Shown here piece by piece: positions 7,436 to 18,058 of a DNA stretch of 64,000 nt. Source of the stretch: Candidatus Nomurabacteria bacterium (lineage in GTDB: Bacteria > Patescibacteriota > Minisyncoccia > Phycocordibacterales > UBA918); NCBI GenBank assembly GCA_023898585.1, contig CP060229.1, positions 314,709-378,708 on the forward strand, read 5' to 3'. Below the pieces are notes generated by a model that saw only the letters and a program-made list of their open reading frames with translations, made no database searches and was not told the origin of the DNA. The translations under genes and the position numbers were made by a program. The stretch's first letter is position 1; each line of letters begins with the position of its first letter.

Positions 7436-9577
7436 ATGAAATCAAAATCATTTTCTTTAGAACTGGCAGGTAAAACTTTAATCGCGGAATTTTCCGATTT
7501 AACCAACCAGACCAACGGGTCGGTACTTCTTAAATACGGAGAAACAGCCATCTTGGTAACAGTCGTTATGAGCGACCGAGAAAGTGGTGCGAATTACTTC
7601 CCGCTATCTGTTGAGTTTGAAGAAAAATTTTATGCCGCCGGTCAGATTTTGGGTAGTCGATTCATGCGACGTGAAGGCAGACCAAGTGACGAAGCTGTCC
7701 TCTCGGCACGTATTGTTGACCGAACCATACGACCACTCTTTAACCAAAACACTCGTCGCGAAATTCAAGTGGTCGTGACTGTCCTCGCGATGGGTGAGGA
7801 CGACCCAGATGTACTTGGAGTCATCGGTGCCTCTTTGGCACTTTCAGTTTCAGACATCCCGTGGCGTGGGCCGGTGGGAGCGGTGCGCATCGGTCGCAAC
7901 AAAGAAAGCGGTGAAATAAAAATCAACCCGACTTATTTGGAGCGATCGGAAAACCTTTTAGATTTTGAGGTTCTCTCCTGTGGCAAAGACCAAACCATCA
8001 ACATGATCGAGACTGCGTCACACGAAGTTTCCGAAGAAGATATTGTCTCAGTGTTTGAAGCCTCAATCCAAGTGCACCAAAAACTGGAAGCTTGGCAAAA
8101 AGAAATAGTTGCTGAAGTTGGAAAAACAAAACAAACCGATCCTGAACAAATAATTCCCGAAGCTCTAACTGAATTGTTCGATTCGAAATTCAAAACCAAA
8201 CTTTCTGAAACCATTTTTTCCAACCAAGCGGGGAAATCACATATATATGAATTGAAAGATGAATTCATGAATGTGGTTAAAGAGACCGAGATAGACGTGA
8301 CCATGGCCGGAAACTTTTTTGAACAGGCTATTGATAAAGAATTACATCGTGGCGCAATCGAAGAAGGCAAGCGCGCTGACGGAAGAAAAATGGACGAAGT
8401 GCGGGAACTCTACGCTAAAGCCGGTGGCATTTCTCCGGTGTTGCACGGATCGGGAATCTTTTATCGTGGCGGTACACATATATTTTCCGTGCTTACTCTC
8501 GGCGGTCCGGAGTCGGCCCAGATGATCGACACGATCGAATCTCAAGATTCGAAAAAACGTTTTATGCACCACTACAACTTCCCTCCTTTCTCTGTCGGAG
8601 AAACGGGGCGTGTGGGCGGATTCAACAGACGCATGATCGGGCACGGGGCGTTGGCGGAAAAAGCGATCGCTCCGGTTATTCCTTCCCAAGCCGATTTTCC
8701 CTACACCATAAGACTAGTGTCGGAGACTCTTTCCAGCAATGGCTCCAGTTCGATGGGCTCAGTTTGCGGATCGATCTTGGCTTTAATGGACGGAGGGGTG
8801 CCGATTATAAGGCCGGTCGCAGGAATCGCGTCAGGTGTTCTGATCGAGAAAGACAAGTATCAGCTTTTGACTGACATACAGGGACCGGAGGATGAGTTTG
8901 GTGATATGGACTTCAAAGTAGCCGGGACAACCGTCGGCGTGACGGCGATCCAGATGGACGTAAAGGTCGACGGTGTTCCTCTTCCTATTCTCATCGGTGC
9001 TTTGGAAAAAGCGAAACAGGCCCGACTGCAAATATTGGAAGTGATGACGAAAGAAATACCAACGCATCGCGCATCGATTTCTCCGCGCGCTCCGGAAATC
9101 GTGACTCTAAAAATACTGCCAGAGCAAATCGGCTTGGTCATCGGAAGTGGCGGAAAGACGATTAACGGAATCAAAGACGAAACCAAGGTGGAAGAAATCA
9201 CGATAGAGGAAGACGGGGTGGTATTTATCACCGGAAAAAATGGTACCGCTGAATCAGCCGCTGAAAAAATTCGTTCCCTCACTAAAATCTATACTGTAGG
9301 TGAGAGTGTGCAAGCTGTAATTTCTCGCATCGCCACTTTCGGAGCGTTTGCTAAACTGGATTCGTATAACGAAGGTTTGATTCATATATCTGAAATTGCC
9401 CCGTTTAGAGTCGATAAAGTTGAAGGTCTTCTCAAGGAAGGAGAAACTGTCACTGTAGTTGTTTCAAAGATTGAAGATGGTAAAATCGGTCTCTCCATTA
9501 AGCAAGCTGACCCAGATTTCGCTCAAAAACGTGGGATAAAACCACCGGAAAGACCGGCAAAAGACGTTAGGCAGTGA
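7436..9577 (+). CDS. pnp: Polyribonucleotide nucleotidyltransferase (PNPase)
   Basis: 713 aa; two RNase PH-like domains plus KH and S1 domains at the C-terminus; follows rpsO as in the conserved rpsO-pnp operon. Confidence 0.95.
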   Translation: MKSKSFSLELAGKTLIAEFSDLTNQTNGSVLLKYGETAILVTVVMSDRESGANYFPLSVEFEEKFYAAGQILGSRFMRREGRPSDEAVLSARIVDRTIRPLFNQNTRREIQVVVTVLAMGEDDPDVLGVIGASLALSVSDIPWRGPVGAVRIGRNKESGEIKINPTYLERSENLLDFEVLSCGKDQTINMIETASHEVSEEDIVSVFEASIQVHQKLEAWQKEIVAEVGKTKQTDPEQIIPEALTELFDSKFKTKLSETIFSNQAGKSHIYELKDEFMNVVKETEIDVTMAGNFFEQAIDKELHRGAIEEGKRADGRKMDEVRELYAKAGGISPVLHGSGIFYRGGTHIFSVLTLGGPESAQMIDTIESQDSKKRFMHHYNFPPFSVGETGRVGGFNRRMIGHGALAEKAIAPVIPSQADFPYTIRLVSETLSSNGSSSMGSVCGSILALMDGGVPIIRPVAGIASGVLIEKDKYQLLTDIQGPEDEFGDMDFKVAGTTVGVTAIQMDVKVDGVPLPILIGALEKAKQARLQILEVMTKEIPTHRASISPRAPEIVTLKILPEQIGLVIGSGGKTINGIKDETKVEEITIEEDGVVFITGKNGTAESAAEKIRSLTKIYTVGESVQAVISRIATFGAFAKLDSYNEGLIHISEIAPFRVDKVEGLLKEGETVTVVVSKIEDGKIGLSIKQADPDFAQKRGIKPPERPAKDVRQ

Positions 9578-9622
9578 AAAACTCACCTCACAAATTAGCC
9601 GAAGCATGCGATACTAGAGGGA

Positions 9623-11434
9623 ATGAGTGGAGAAGTAACAATACAACGTCCCAAGATCCGCACTTACGCGGCTGATTTGGAAGCGCAAAGGAACAAGCAA
9701 AATCCGGGATCTTCTTCGGAAAAACCGGTGGCAGAAAAAGCAATTCCGGAGAATGGTGCCAGACAGCTCAGCAACTCACCGACCATAGCGAATGAACTTT
9801 CCAAAATTCCCCAGCCAGCCTCGAAAAAAAAGGCAGTTGAACCGGTTGCTAAATTTGTGGGAGAAGAAAAATTAACCCCATCCCCAATACCTTCTTTTCA
9901 TGAACTGCAAAAGCGAAAATTTAAAGACAAGACGCCGGTTCACGAAAACAAAAAGGAAAGTTCGGCAAAGCGGGGATCCCGAATAAAAGATAAGGAAGCC
10001 ACGGACAAAGAGGTGCCTCGCCCAAACATTGGATATGACGCGACTGTAATAACCGACACCGTTAGTGACAGGTTTAAATTGTTTCCTGCCATTAAAGCTT
10101 CTTTAGGATCCTGGTTCCGCAAAGTTAGTGCCAAAAAGAAAAAGCCGACACCAAAGTACTCGATACCGGAAGCCAACAGAAGAAAAGGGGTCATCCAAAG
10201 GGCCACCACCAAAACGGGTCTATCTTTTACCGCGGACAATGAGACATTGAAAGAACGTATCCGGAACAGAAAAAAAGAGGAGGAAAGGCACGATCCGGAA
10301 ACAAACTGGTCTCCATTTACTGAAACAGGCTATGAGTTACTCCCACCTGGAGACACAACTCAAAATGTATATGTTGAGTTCAAAAAGCGATCTGTGCCGG
10401 AGACTCTAACAACCATCCCTTCTCCCGTACAATCTACCCAACCAGAACCCACGATAGCAACTGAGTGGGTGTCCGAGGCACAAGAAGAACCACAAAGTCT
10501 TGGAGTGCCTGATATCGAGAGGTGGGGGGCAGATAGAGAACAAGACGCCGAATTTGCAACTGAAGAGCCGGTGGAATCTTCCTTACCATCACCAACCGTT
10601 AGTGAGGCGCCAGCAATAGAAACAGTGTTTGAACCGGTTGAAAACAATTGGGAGGACGAGACAGAAACCGAACCGGTGCCACCAGAGCCAGAACCGGAAA
10701 CTATGACTGAAATGATAGGGGAGGAAGAGAACGAAACGATTGTAACAGAAGAAAAACCAAGATCCTTCCTTGGTCGCGACACAAACTCACTTACTCTAAC
10801 CATGTTGATGGTGGTGATCGTGATACTTGTGATAATTTTTGCTGGCAAGCTTACCGTTCAGCACTTCAAACCTGAACCAGCAACAGTAGAAGAAGTGAAA
10901 ACTGAATCTATTGTAAAAAATGCGGTAGTCAAGAACATAATCATATCTCCTTCAGAACTAAGTCAAACTAAAAACACGATCAGGGAGACACTTGATTCTG
11001 CCCCGGCAGGAATAATAGAATTCCCGCTCATAACACCGGCCGGAGACGAACTCTCTCCTTCCTATCTTTTCGAAACTCTGGAATTTCAGACCTTGCCGAG
11101 CCTGCACCAGTCAATCACGACCATCCGCTTCCTTAGCATCAATCAGTCAGAACCGATGATAATCTTGCAGTTTGTTGATGAGGATACGGTTAGAGGTGGT
11201 TTCCTTAATTGGGAAAAATCCATGGTATCTGATTTGAAAAATCTCTACGAAATACCGGTTGTGTCAGAAGCTAAATTCAGTGACCAAACGGTGAAAAATG
11301 TTGACGTTAGAGTATTGAAGAACGATGATAAAGTTGTCCTGATGTATGGCATGGTAAGCAATAATACCGCAGTCATTTCTTCCAAAGCTGAAGATTTTGC
11401 ACAAATTGTCGAACTCGGACTGCTGGAACAATAA
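9623..11434 (+). CDS. Hypothetical protein: low-complexity basic N-terminal half, acidic middle, one TM helix (~aa 385), C-terminal globular region
   Basis: ORF composition only. Confidence 0.4.
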   Translation: MSGEVTIQRPKIRTYAADLEAQRNKQNPGSSSEKPVAEKAIPENGARQLSNSPTIANELSKIPQPASKKKAVEPVAKFVGEEKLTPSPIPSFHELQKRKFKDKTPVHENKKESSAKRGSRIKDKEATDKEVPRPNIGYDATVITDTVSDRFKLFPAIKASLGSWFRKVSAKKKKPTPKYSIPEANRRKGVIQRATTKTGLSFTADNETLKERIRNRKKEEERHDPETNWSPFTETGYELLPPGDTTQNVYVEFKKRSVPETLTTIPSPVQSTQPEPTIATEWVSEAQEEPQSLGVPDIERWGADREQDAEFATEEPVESSLPSPTVSEAPAIETVFEPVENNWEDETETEPVPPEPEPETMTEMIGEEENETIVTEEKPRSFLGRDTNSLTLTMLMVVIVILVIIFAGKLTVQHFKPEPATVEEVKTESIVKNAVVKNIIISPSELSQTKNTIRETLDSAPAGIIEFPLITPAGDELSPSYLFETLEFQTLPSLHQSITTIRFLSINQSEPMIILQFVDEDTVRGGFLNWEKSMVSDLKNLYEIPVVSEAKFSDQTVKNVDVRVLKNDDKVVLMYGMVSNNTAVISSKAEDFAQIVELGLLEQ

Positions 11435-11450
11435 GGTATACTTAGCTGAT

Positions 11451-11825
11451 ATGTTAGATACGGAAATATTTAAAAATAGACTTGAATCTGAACTTGCAAA
11501 AATCGTCTCAGAATTAGAGACAATAGCTGTACTTAATCCGCGCTCTGGTGATTGGGTGGCAATACCGGTTGCAGAGGATCTGAAGAACGCCGACGAGAAT
11601 GTCGAAGCTGATGCGGTGGAAGAATGGGAAAACAGGCGGGCTTTATTGGCAGAACTGGAAATCCGACACCGAAATATTGTCAGGGCTTTAGAGAAAATAA
11701 AAACCGGCACCTATGGTATTTGTGAAATAAGCGGAAAGGAAATCGAGGGTGAGAGATTAACAGCCAACCCGGCCGCTCGTACAAATCTGGCTAACATGGA
11801 AAGAGAAAAAGAGTTACCTTTGTAA
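11451..11825 (+). CDS. DksA/TraR-family-like protein (possibly degenerate zinc finger)
   Basis: C-terminal GTYGICEISGKEIEGERLTANPAARTNLANME resembles the DksA/TraR finger region, but only one Cys remains; the ATG at 11451 avoids overlap with the upstream gene. Confidence 0.45.
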   Translation: MLDTEIFKNRLESELAKIVSELETIAVLNPRSGDWVAIPVAEDLKNADENVEADAVEEWENRRALLAELEIRHRNIVRALEKIKTGTYGICEISGKEIEGERLTANPAARTNLANMEREKELPL

Positions 11826-11829
11826 TGTC

Positions 11830-13350
11830 ATGACAGTCGCAAAAGTCAGTACAGCACAACCGGATGTACTAAAGGGTACTATTGTCACCATAGAAACTGA
11901 CATTTCGCGAGGGCTTCACGCCTTTTCCATTGTTGGCCTCGCTGGTAAAGCGGTCGACGAATCAAAAGACCGGGTCGGTAGCGCTATCAAACACTCGGGA
12001 TTCTCTTCACCAAAGACGAAAAATCAAAAAATAGTCGTTTCTCTTTCTCCGGCGGATTTAAAGAAGGAAGGTCCATTATTTGATCTGCCAATAGCCGTCG
12101 CTTACCTGATCGCCTCCGGTGATATCAAAGTCGATAGTGTTAAAAGGGTGTTGATAGGGGAGCTTGGCCTCGACGGTACGGTTCGTCCGGTCAAAGGTAT
12201 TTTGAGTTCCGTTAAGGTAGCTAAAGAAGCCGGATTTACTGAAGTAATCGTACCAAAAGAAAACGCGATGGAAGCTGCTTTGATTGAAGAAATTGCTATT
12301 TATCCCGCCAATACGCTTAAAGAAGTGATTGATCACATATCTCTTCCTGATGAAGAAAATGAAAAAACCAAACTCACTTTTCAACCGCCGACGATCATTC
12401 AAGATGGTTGGTACGAGAGCAGTGTCAGCCTGGAAGATATCAAAGGGCAAGAGAGTGCCAAACGAGGACTTATTATAGCCGCGGCCGGCCGACATAATGT
12501 GATGTTGGTTGGACCACCCGGAACCGGCAAGACTATGTTAGCGAGAGCACTTCGCGCTCTCTTACCTCCCCTTTCGAGAGAAGAGGCTCTTACCGTCACC
12601 GCCATCCATTCACTGGTAAACAGTGATTTTTCCATCAGCACTCGTCCACCTTTTCGATCACCGCACCACACCGCTTCACACACTTCTTTGGTTGGAGGGG
12701 GGACGTATCCAAAGCCTGGCGAAATAACGTTGGCTCATCATGGCGTACTTTTTATGGATGAGTTTCCGGAATTCGACAGACGTTCACTTGACGCGCTACG
12801 TCAGCCTCTCGAAGATAGGGTCGTTTCCATTTCACGAGTTCAGAATACCGCGGAATTCCCGGCTGACTTTATCCTCGTCGCTGCTCTTAACCCTTATCGT
12901 GGGAGCGAAGACGGAACCAAAGACCTGGGAAGAGCAATGCAAGAAACCTACAAGAACAAAGTCTCGGGACCTATTTTAGACAGAATTGACTTGTGGCTTG
13001 AAGTACCGCACGTACCTTATGAAACCCTGACCGCCATACCAAGTAAGACTAAAGAGACGTCGATAGCGCGCGAACAAATACTGTCTGCGCGAGACAAGCA
13101 ACGTTCTCGTTTTGAAAACACAACTACTCACACCAACTCGGGCATGTCGGCAAGAGATATAGAAAATCTGATCAGCTTAAGTGACGAAGTCAAAAATCTG
13201 CTAAAAGTTTCCAGCGCGAAATTGAATTTATCGCCACGTGGTTATCATCGTTTGATTAAAGTCTCCAGAACCATCGCTGATTTGGATGGTAGGGAAGAAA
13301 TTACAACCGCTCACGTTTTGGAGGCATTGCAATATAGGGTAAATTTATAG
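11830..13350 (+). CDS. comM: Mg-chelatase-like AAA+ protein ComM/YifB family
   Basis: N-terminal Lon-protease-like domain, Walker A VMLVGPPGTGKTM, C-terminal Mg-chelatase domain; 506 aa. Confidence 0.85.
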   Translation: MTVAKVSTAQPDVLKGTIVTIETDISRGLHAFSIVGLAGKAVDESKDRVGSAIKHSGFSSPKTKNQKIVVSLSPADLKKEGPLFDLPIAVAYLIASGDIKVDSVKRVLIGELGLDGTVRPVKGILSSVKVAKEAGFTEVIVPKENAMEAALIEEIAIYPANTLKEVIDHISLPDEENEKTKLTFQPPTIIQDGWYESSVSLEDIKGQESAKRGLIIAAAGRHNVMLVGPPGTGKTMLARALRALLPPLSREEALTVTAIHSLVNSDFSISTRPPFRSPHHTASHTSLVGGGTYPKPGEITLAHHGVLFMDEFPEFDRRSLDALRQPLEDRVVSISRVQNTAEFPADFILVAALNPYRGSEDGTKDLGRAMQETYKNKVSGPILDRIDLWLEVPHVPYETLTAIPSKTKETSIAREQILSARDKQRSRFENTTTHTNSGMSARDIENLISLSDEVKNLLKVSSAKLNLSPRGYHRLIKVSRTIADLDGREEITTAHVLEALQYRVNL

Positions 13351-13538
13351 TACAGTTCCTTGAGAAATTGTCTGTAAGGAGAAATGACACATGATGGCAC
13401 CAATAGATTCGCAAGGCTATATAAACGCTAAATATCATGGTGGGTGGCGCTTGTGGTCTTGGCAGGTTAAGTATGTTTTTTGTTGTCTGCGAAACTGCTT
13501 CGCAAAAAAGTCTCGCGGTCCGGCGACATAGGACAGCA

Positions 13539-13574
13539 AAAAAAGCGACGGTTATTAAGACGTCGCTTTTTTTG
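13539..13574. terminator. Bidirectional terminator between comM and the convergent M23 peptidase gene
   Basis: aaaaaagcgacg-gttattaaga-cgtcgcttttttt. Confidence 0.55.
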
Positions 13575-13646
13575 ATTTTCAAGATGAATGGATTGAGATT
13601 CAAAAATATAGAGAGGATGCAGAAATCGTGGGTTTCAGAACAAGCT

Positions 13647-14642
13647 CTAGAAAGGATTCCTGGCCCCGCGAACTTCAAAGTGCAGATGGTTTCCGGTTGA
13701 TTTTCCGGTGTTACCCATACCGCCGATGACTTGACCTTGCGCCACATATTCGCCAACCCCTACATCGTTACGCATAAGGTGAGCGTATAAAGTTTGTGAA
13801 CCGTTGGCGTGCTTAATTACAATATAATTACCATATCCACCATTCCATCCCGAGCTCTTGGAAACAATGATTTCTCCGGCAGAGGCCGCCCTGATTGGTG
13901 CACCGTATCCTCCGGCTAAATCAACCGCGTTGTAACCATGAATACCTTGGGTTTTGACCGATCCGGGAGCCGGATGAATAAAGCCTGCGCCGGAAGCCAC
14001 CGGGCCTGAGGTTTTTGTAGGTTCCGCGTATACTCGCGCCGGCGCAGCGTGCATGGCCCCGCCGGGAATAATCAAAACGTCACCAACCGACAGCCCTTCA
14101 GCCGAAGTCAATTGGTTGTAAGACAAGATTTCATCGACTTCTCCTTCGTACTTTTTAGCGATAGTACTAATCGTGTCACCTTTTTTAACTGTGTGCTGCA
14201 CACCAACAATCGGTAAAATGACCAGGACGTCGCCCGGTTGGATATCTGTCGCCTTATTGATATCGTTGGCCCACATAATAGTATTGGTGGTTACACCGAA
14301 CATCTCAGCCACGCGTGAAAGGGAATCACCTTCGCGCACAGTATAAACACGAATCTCGCCGGTACTGGTTTTTTGTTCCGCAATATCATCTTCTCCAACC
14401 GGTCCGGTTGAAACTAAAGCGTTTTCATCCACCACAATTTCCGCTCCACCTCTTGCTCCCAAGGGATTCGGATTTTGCAGGGCGGTCAAAAGTGGAATAT
14501 CTGTGGCCGTGAACACTCCAACTACTTCTGTCTTCGCCTGCGCTTCTTCCCCGGTAAAAAATTTAGAAAAGAAACCGGCTTGGACGGAAATAGGAACTGC
14601 GACCGCGAGAGTGATAAGCAAAAATTCACCGATCATCGACAA
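13647..14642 (-). CDS. M23-family metallopeptidase with two LysM domains (murein hydrolase-like)
   Basis: N-terminal signal/TM, LysM repeats (GDSLSRVAEMF..., GDTISTIAKKY...), C-terminal HxxxD...HLHFEVR M23 motif. Confidence 0.8.
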   Translation of the reverse strand: MSMIGEFLLITLAVAVPISVQAGFFSKFFTGEEAQAKTEVVGVFTATDIPLLTALQNPNPLGARGGAEIVVDENALVSTGPVGEDDIAEQKTSTGEIRVYTVREGDSLSRVAEMFGVTTNTIMWANDINKATDIQPGDVLVILPIVGVQHTVKKGDTISTIAKKYEGEVDEILSYNQLTSAEGLSVGDVLIIPGGAMHAAPARVYAEPTKTSGPVASGAGFIHPAPGSVKTQGIHGYNAVDLAGGYGAPIRAASAGEIIVSKSSGWNGGYGNYIVIKHANGSQTLYAHLMRNDVGVGEYVAQGQVIGGMGNTGKSTGNHLHFEVRGARNPF

Positions 14643-15009
14643 TCGCGATAACGTGTTTGATTTGTTATTTGTAATCTGATCATCCTGTTTTCCAGAATCG
14701 CTATCAGAATCCTGAGAGTAAGTTTGTATATGCCTTTAGTTAGGGTCTCACCGCCATGCTTCCGTTACATCCGTTCGAGTATATAAGCGACTGAAAAGAG
14801 CTCGCGCTCCCGACATACCAGCAAACTGGTACGAGGACTATTTTACTAGAGCAGATACTCAAGACAATTGACGAAATACACTTTTTCAGCAAATTAACAG
14901 CTTCGCCAAATAAGCTATAGTTCGAGCCTTATATTATGTATTGACATTAATTTACTCAGATTATGTAATTTTTAATTAACTTTTTTTACCCGTGTTATGA
15001 TGTCCCGAC

Positions 15010-16974
15010 ATGTCTGAAGATCTTCCATACACCAAGGGGCTGAATGAGCCACAAAAAGAAGCGGTGCTTTACACCGAGGGACCACTAATGATTCTTGCCG
15101 GCGCCGGCTCAGGTAAAACCAGAGCCATCACCCATCGTATCGTGCATCTCATCCACCGGGGCGTAGCGCCTCACAATATACTGGCTGTCACCTTCACCAA
15201 CAAAGCAGCTAAAGAGATGCGCGAACGTGTTATTGCCCTGACAAAAAAATATTTTCCTTCAGACCGAGCGGTTATTGACAGCTATCCGGTGGTCACGACT
15301 TTTCACTCTTTGGGTGTGCGAATATTGCGCGAGTTCCACAATGTACTTGGTCTGCCGAGGCACTTCACTATCTACGATAAGAGCGATAGTCAAAAGGCCG
15401 TCAAACTAAGTATAGAAAAAGCTGGCTATAATCCGAAAGAGTTCGAACCACGTCGTATATTGTCTATCATTTCTCGCGCCAAGGGTGAAGCCATCACATC
15501 AGCAACTTTTAAAGACAAGGCTGACTCTTTCCCAGAACAAGTGGCCGGAGAAGTGTGGGAAAAATACGAGGAAATTCTTAAAGCCGAGCACGCGTTAGAT
15601 TTTGACGATCTCTTAGCTAAGACTCTCCGTCTCCTTTCAGAAAATGCGAGTGTGCGAGAAACATTACAACAAAGATATAAATTTATTCATGTCGATGAGT
15701 TTCAGGACACCAACAAAGTTCAGTTTTTAATAATGAAACTGCTAGCTGATGATAATCATCATATTTGTGTGGTGGGCGACATCGATCAAAATATCTATTC
15801 CTGGCGCGGAGCAGATATAAAAAATGTGTTGCAATTTGAAAAAAACTTTCCCCAAACCAAAACTATATTGCTGGAAGAGAATTATCGCTCGACCCAAACC
15901 ATTATCGCCGTTTCAAACGAAATCATTAAAAAAAACCGGAACCGAGTTGATAAAAACGTTTTCACCAATAACCACAAGGGGGAGAAGGTCATTCTTTACG
16001 CGGGTATGACGGGGTATGACGAAGCTGAATATGTCGCCATGACCGCCCAATCGCTGATTAGAGACGGTGCTGACCCGGCTTCAATTGCCGTCTTGTATCG
16101 CACCAACTTCCAATCACGCTCGCTCGAAGAGGCTTTCCTTAATTTTGAAATACCATATCAATTATTGGGAACAAAATTTTTTGAACGAAAAGAGGTAAAG
16201 GATGTCTTGTCGTATCTGCGCTTGGCACTTAATCCGGGTAGCAACGCCGATCTGGCTAGAGTTATTAATACACCGGCCCGTGGTATCGGCAAAGTTACTA
16301 TGCTAAAGGTAATAGAAGGGAAGCGAGCCGACCTCAACAAAGGAGCCACGGCTAAGGTAGCGGTATTTGACGAAATAATGTCCGACATCACAAAAACCGC
16401 CACTGAAAAACCCTTATCTGACACCATAAAATTCATCATGAAGTGTAGTGGTTTAGAAGCTAGTTTGAAAGAGGAAGGAACGGAAGAGGCATTGGAAAGA
16501 ATCGAGAATCTCCGCGAATTGGTAACTCTCGCCGGTCGTTTTGACGATACCGAACCAAACGAAGCGGTGGAGCAACTGCTCGAAACCGCGGCTCTACAGA
16601 GCGATCAGGATGAACTTAAGGAAAAAGAGGAGCAAAATGCCGTTCGTCTTATGACAGTACACGCAGCCAAAGGCTTGGAATTTTCTTACGTATTTATAAC
16701 CGGGTTGGAGGAGGGTTTGTTTCCGCACGAACGACTGGATGACGGGCGTATAGACAAAGAAGAAGAACGTCGCCTTTTCTACGTCGCTCTAACTAGAGCG
16801 GAAAAGAAGATATTCCTCAGCTACGCTCACATACGTACCATCTTCGGACAACAAAAAGTAAACCTTCCTTCATCATTCCTCAATGACATCAGTCGAGAAC
16901 ACGTGGAAAACGCTGAACCGGAAGGAGAGGGAGGGAAAAATTCCGGCTACGAAACAACGATTTATCTGGACTGA
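15010..16974 (+). CDS. ATP-dependent DNA helicase UvrD/PcrA family
   Basis: Walker A AGAGSGKTRAI, motifs DEFQDTN, YRST, and C-terminal VHAAKGLEF / YVALTRA. Confidence 0.85.
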   Translation: MSEDLPYTKGLNEPQKEAVLYTEGPLMILAGAGSGKTRAITHRIVHLIHRGVAPHNILAVTFTNKAAKEMRERVIALTKKYFPSDRAVIDSYPVVTTFHSLGVRILREFHNVLGLPRHFTIYDKSDSQKAVKLSIEKAGYNPKEFEPRRILSIISRAKGEAITSATFKDKADSFPEQVAGEVWEKYEEILKAEHALDFDDLLAKTLRLLSENASVRETLQQRYKFIHVDEFQDTNKVQFLIMKLLADDNHHICVVGDIDQNIYSWRGADIKNVLQFEKNFPQTKTILLEENYRSTQTIIAVSNEIIKKNRNRVDKNVFTNNHKGEKVILYAGMTGYDEAEYVAMTAQSLIRDGADPASIAVLYRTNFQSRSLEEAFLNFEIPYQLLGTKFFERKEVKDVLSYLRLALNPGSNADLARVINTPARGIGKVTMLKVIEGKRADLNKGATAKVAVFDEIMSDITKTATEKPLSDTIKFIMKCSGLEASLKEEGTEEALERIENLRELVTLAGRFDDTEPNEAVEQLLETAALQSDQDELKEKEEQNAVRLMTVHAAKGLEFSYVFITGLEEGLFPHERLDDGRIDKEEERRLFYVALTRAEKKIFLSYAHIRTIFGQQKVNLPSSFLNDISREHVENAEPEGEGGKNSGYETTIYLD

Positions 16975-17149
16975 AACGAAAAAACAACCGCTAAACCCTA
17001 CCGCTACCACAGACCACACTAAACCCTCGGCTCAGGTAGTCCTTCCGAAGGGTAACCCTTCGGAAATAGGAAGAGGTGTCGGATATCTTAAAAGGTAGAG
17101 TTTTGTTTTATTATTTGCTCTTTTCGGGCAAATGCTCTAACGTATTCTC

Positions 17150-17965
17150 GTGACGGAAAAATTTGAACACAAAAAAAGTCTCGGGCAACACTTTTTAAAC
17201 AGTGACTATGTGCCGAAAAAAATGTGCGACGCTTCCGCTCTTCAGACGGGGGAGACGGTACTAGAAATTGGACCGGGCACCGGCATCCTCACAAAGGAGA
17301 TTATAGCTCGGGGAGCAAAAGTGATTGCCATCGAGGCTGACCGGCGGGCGATTTCTGCTCTGGAAGCCAGCTTCCAGACAGAAATCGCCCGCGGTCAGCT
17401 CACCATTCACCACCACGACGCTCGCTCTCTCGACCCTGCCCAATTTAACCTTGAAAAACAAGGTTACAAGGTAATTTCCAACATACCATACTACCTTTCT
17501 GGACACCTGTTCAGAGCCCTACTTGATACCGATTGCCAACCGACCGATTTGGTTTTTCTTGTCCAGAAGGAAGTCGCTCAACGTATCGCTCGTGACCGAA
17601 AAGAATCTTTACTTTCACTTTCCATTAAAGTTTTTGGTGACCCTTCATATATATGTACGATTAAAAAAAGTCATTTTACTCCACCTCCCAAAATTGATTC
17701 GGCCATCGTGGCTGTAAGAAAAATTGGACGAGGTAATTTTGACAATCTCCCGTCTGACTTTTTTTTCAAATTACTCAACCTCGGCTTCTGCCAAAAACGC
17801 AAACAGCTTATCGGCAACCTAAGCGCTGAATTCCCCCGCAATATTTTAGAAAAAATACTTACTGATTTGTCGCTTCCTTTGGACACGAGAGCCGAGGACA
17901 TTTCGGTCGAAACGTGGCTCGAATTGTGTTCGAAATTGTATTCAACAGTCAAAACACAGACGTAA
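17150..17965 (+). CDS. rsmA: 16S rRNA (adenine1518/1519-N6)-dimethyltransferase
   Basis: QHFL N-terminal motif, SAM-binding LEIGPGTGILT, NIPY motif. Confidence 0.85.
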   Translation: MTEKFEHKKSLGQHFLNSDYVPKKMCDASALQTGETVLEIGPGTGILTKEIIARGAKVIAIEADRRAISALEASFQTEIARGQLTIHHHDARSLDPAQFNLEKQGYKVISNIPYYLSGHLFRALLDTDCQPTDLVFLVQKEVAQRIARDRKESLLSLSIKVFGDPSYICTIKKSHFTPPPKIDSAIVAVRKIGRGNFDNLPSDFFFKLLNLGFCQKRKQLIGNLSAEFPRNILEKILTDLSLPLDTRAEDISVETWLELCSKLYSTVKTQT

Positions 17966-18058
17966 CAACAAAAAATTCACATTTTATACACAGAATAATG
18001 CACAGCTGTGCACTTTTTGACAATCGAAAGGTTGCTGTACTGATATACTAAATAATAT

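Noticed and set aside
13301-13756. 151-aa ORF on the - strand overlapping the comM 3' end and the M23 peptidase 3' end
   Set aside because: It spans a bidirectional terminator and overlaps two well-supported genes, so it is most likely a spurious antisense ORF.
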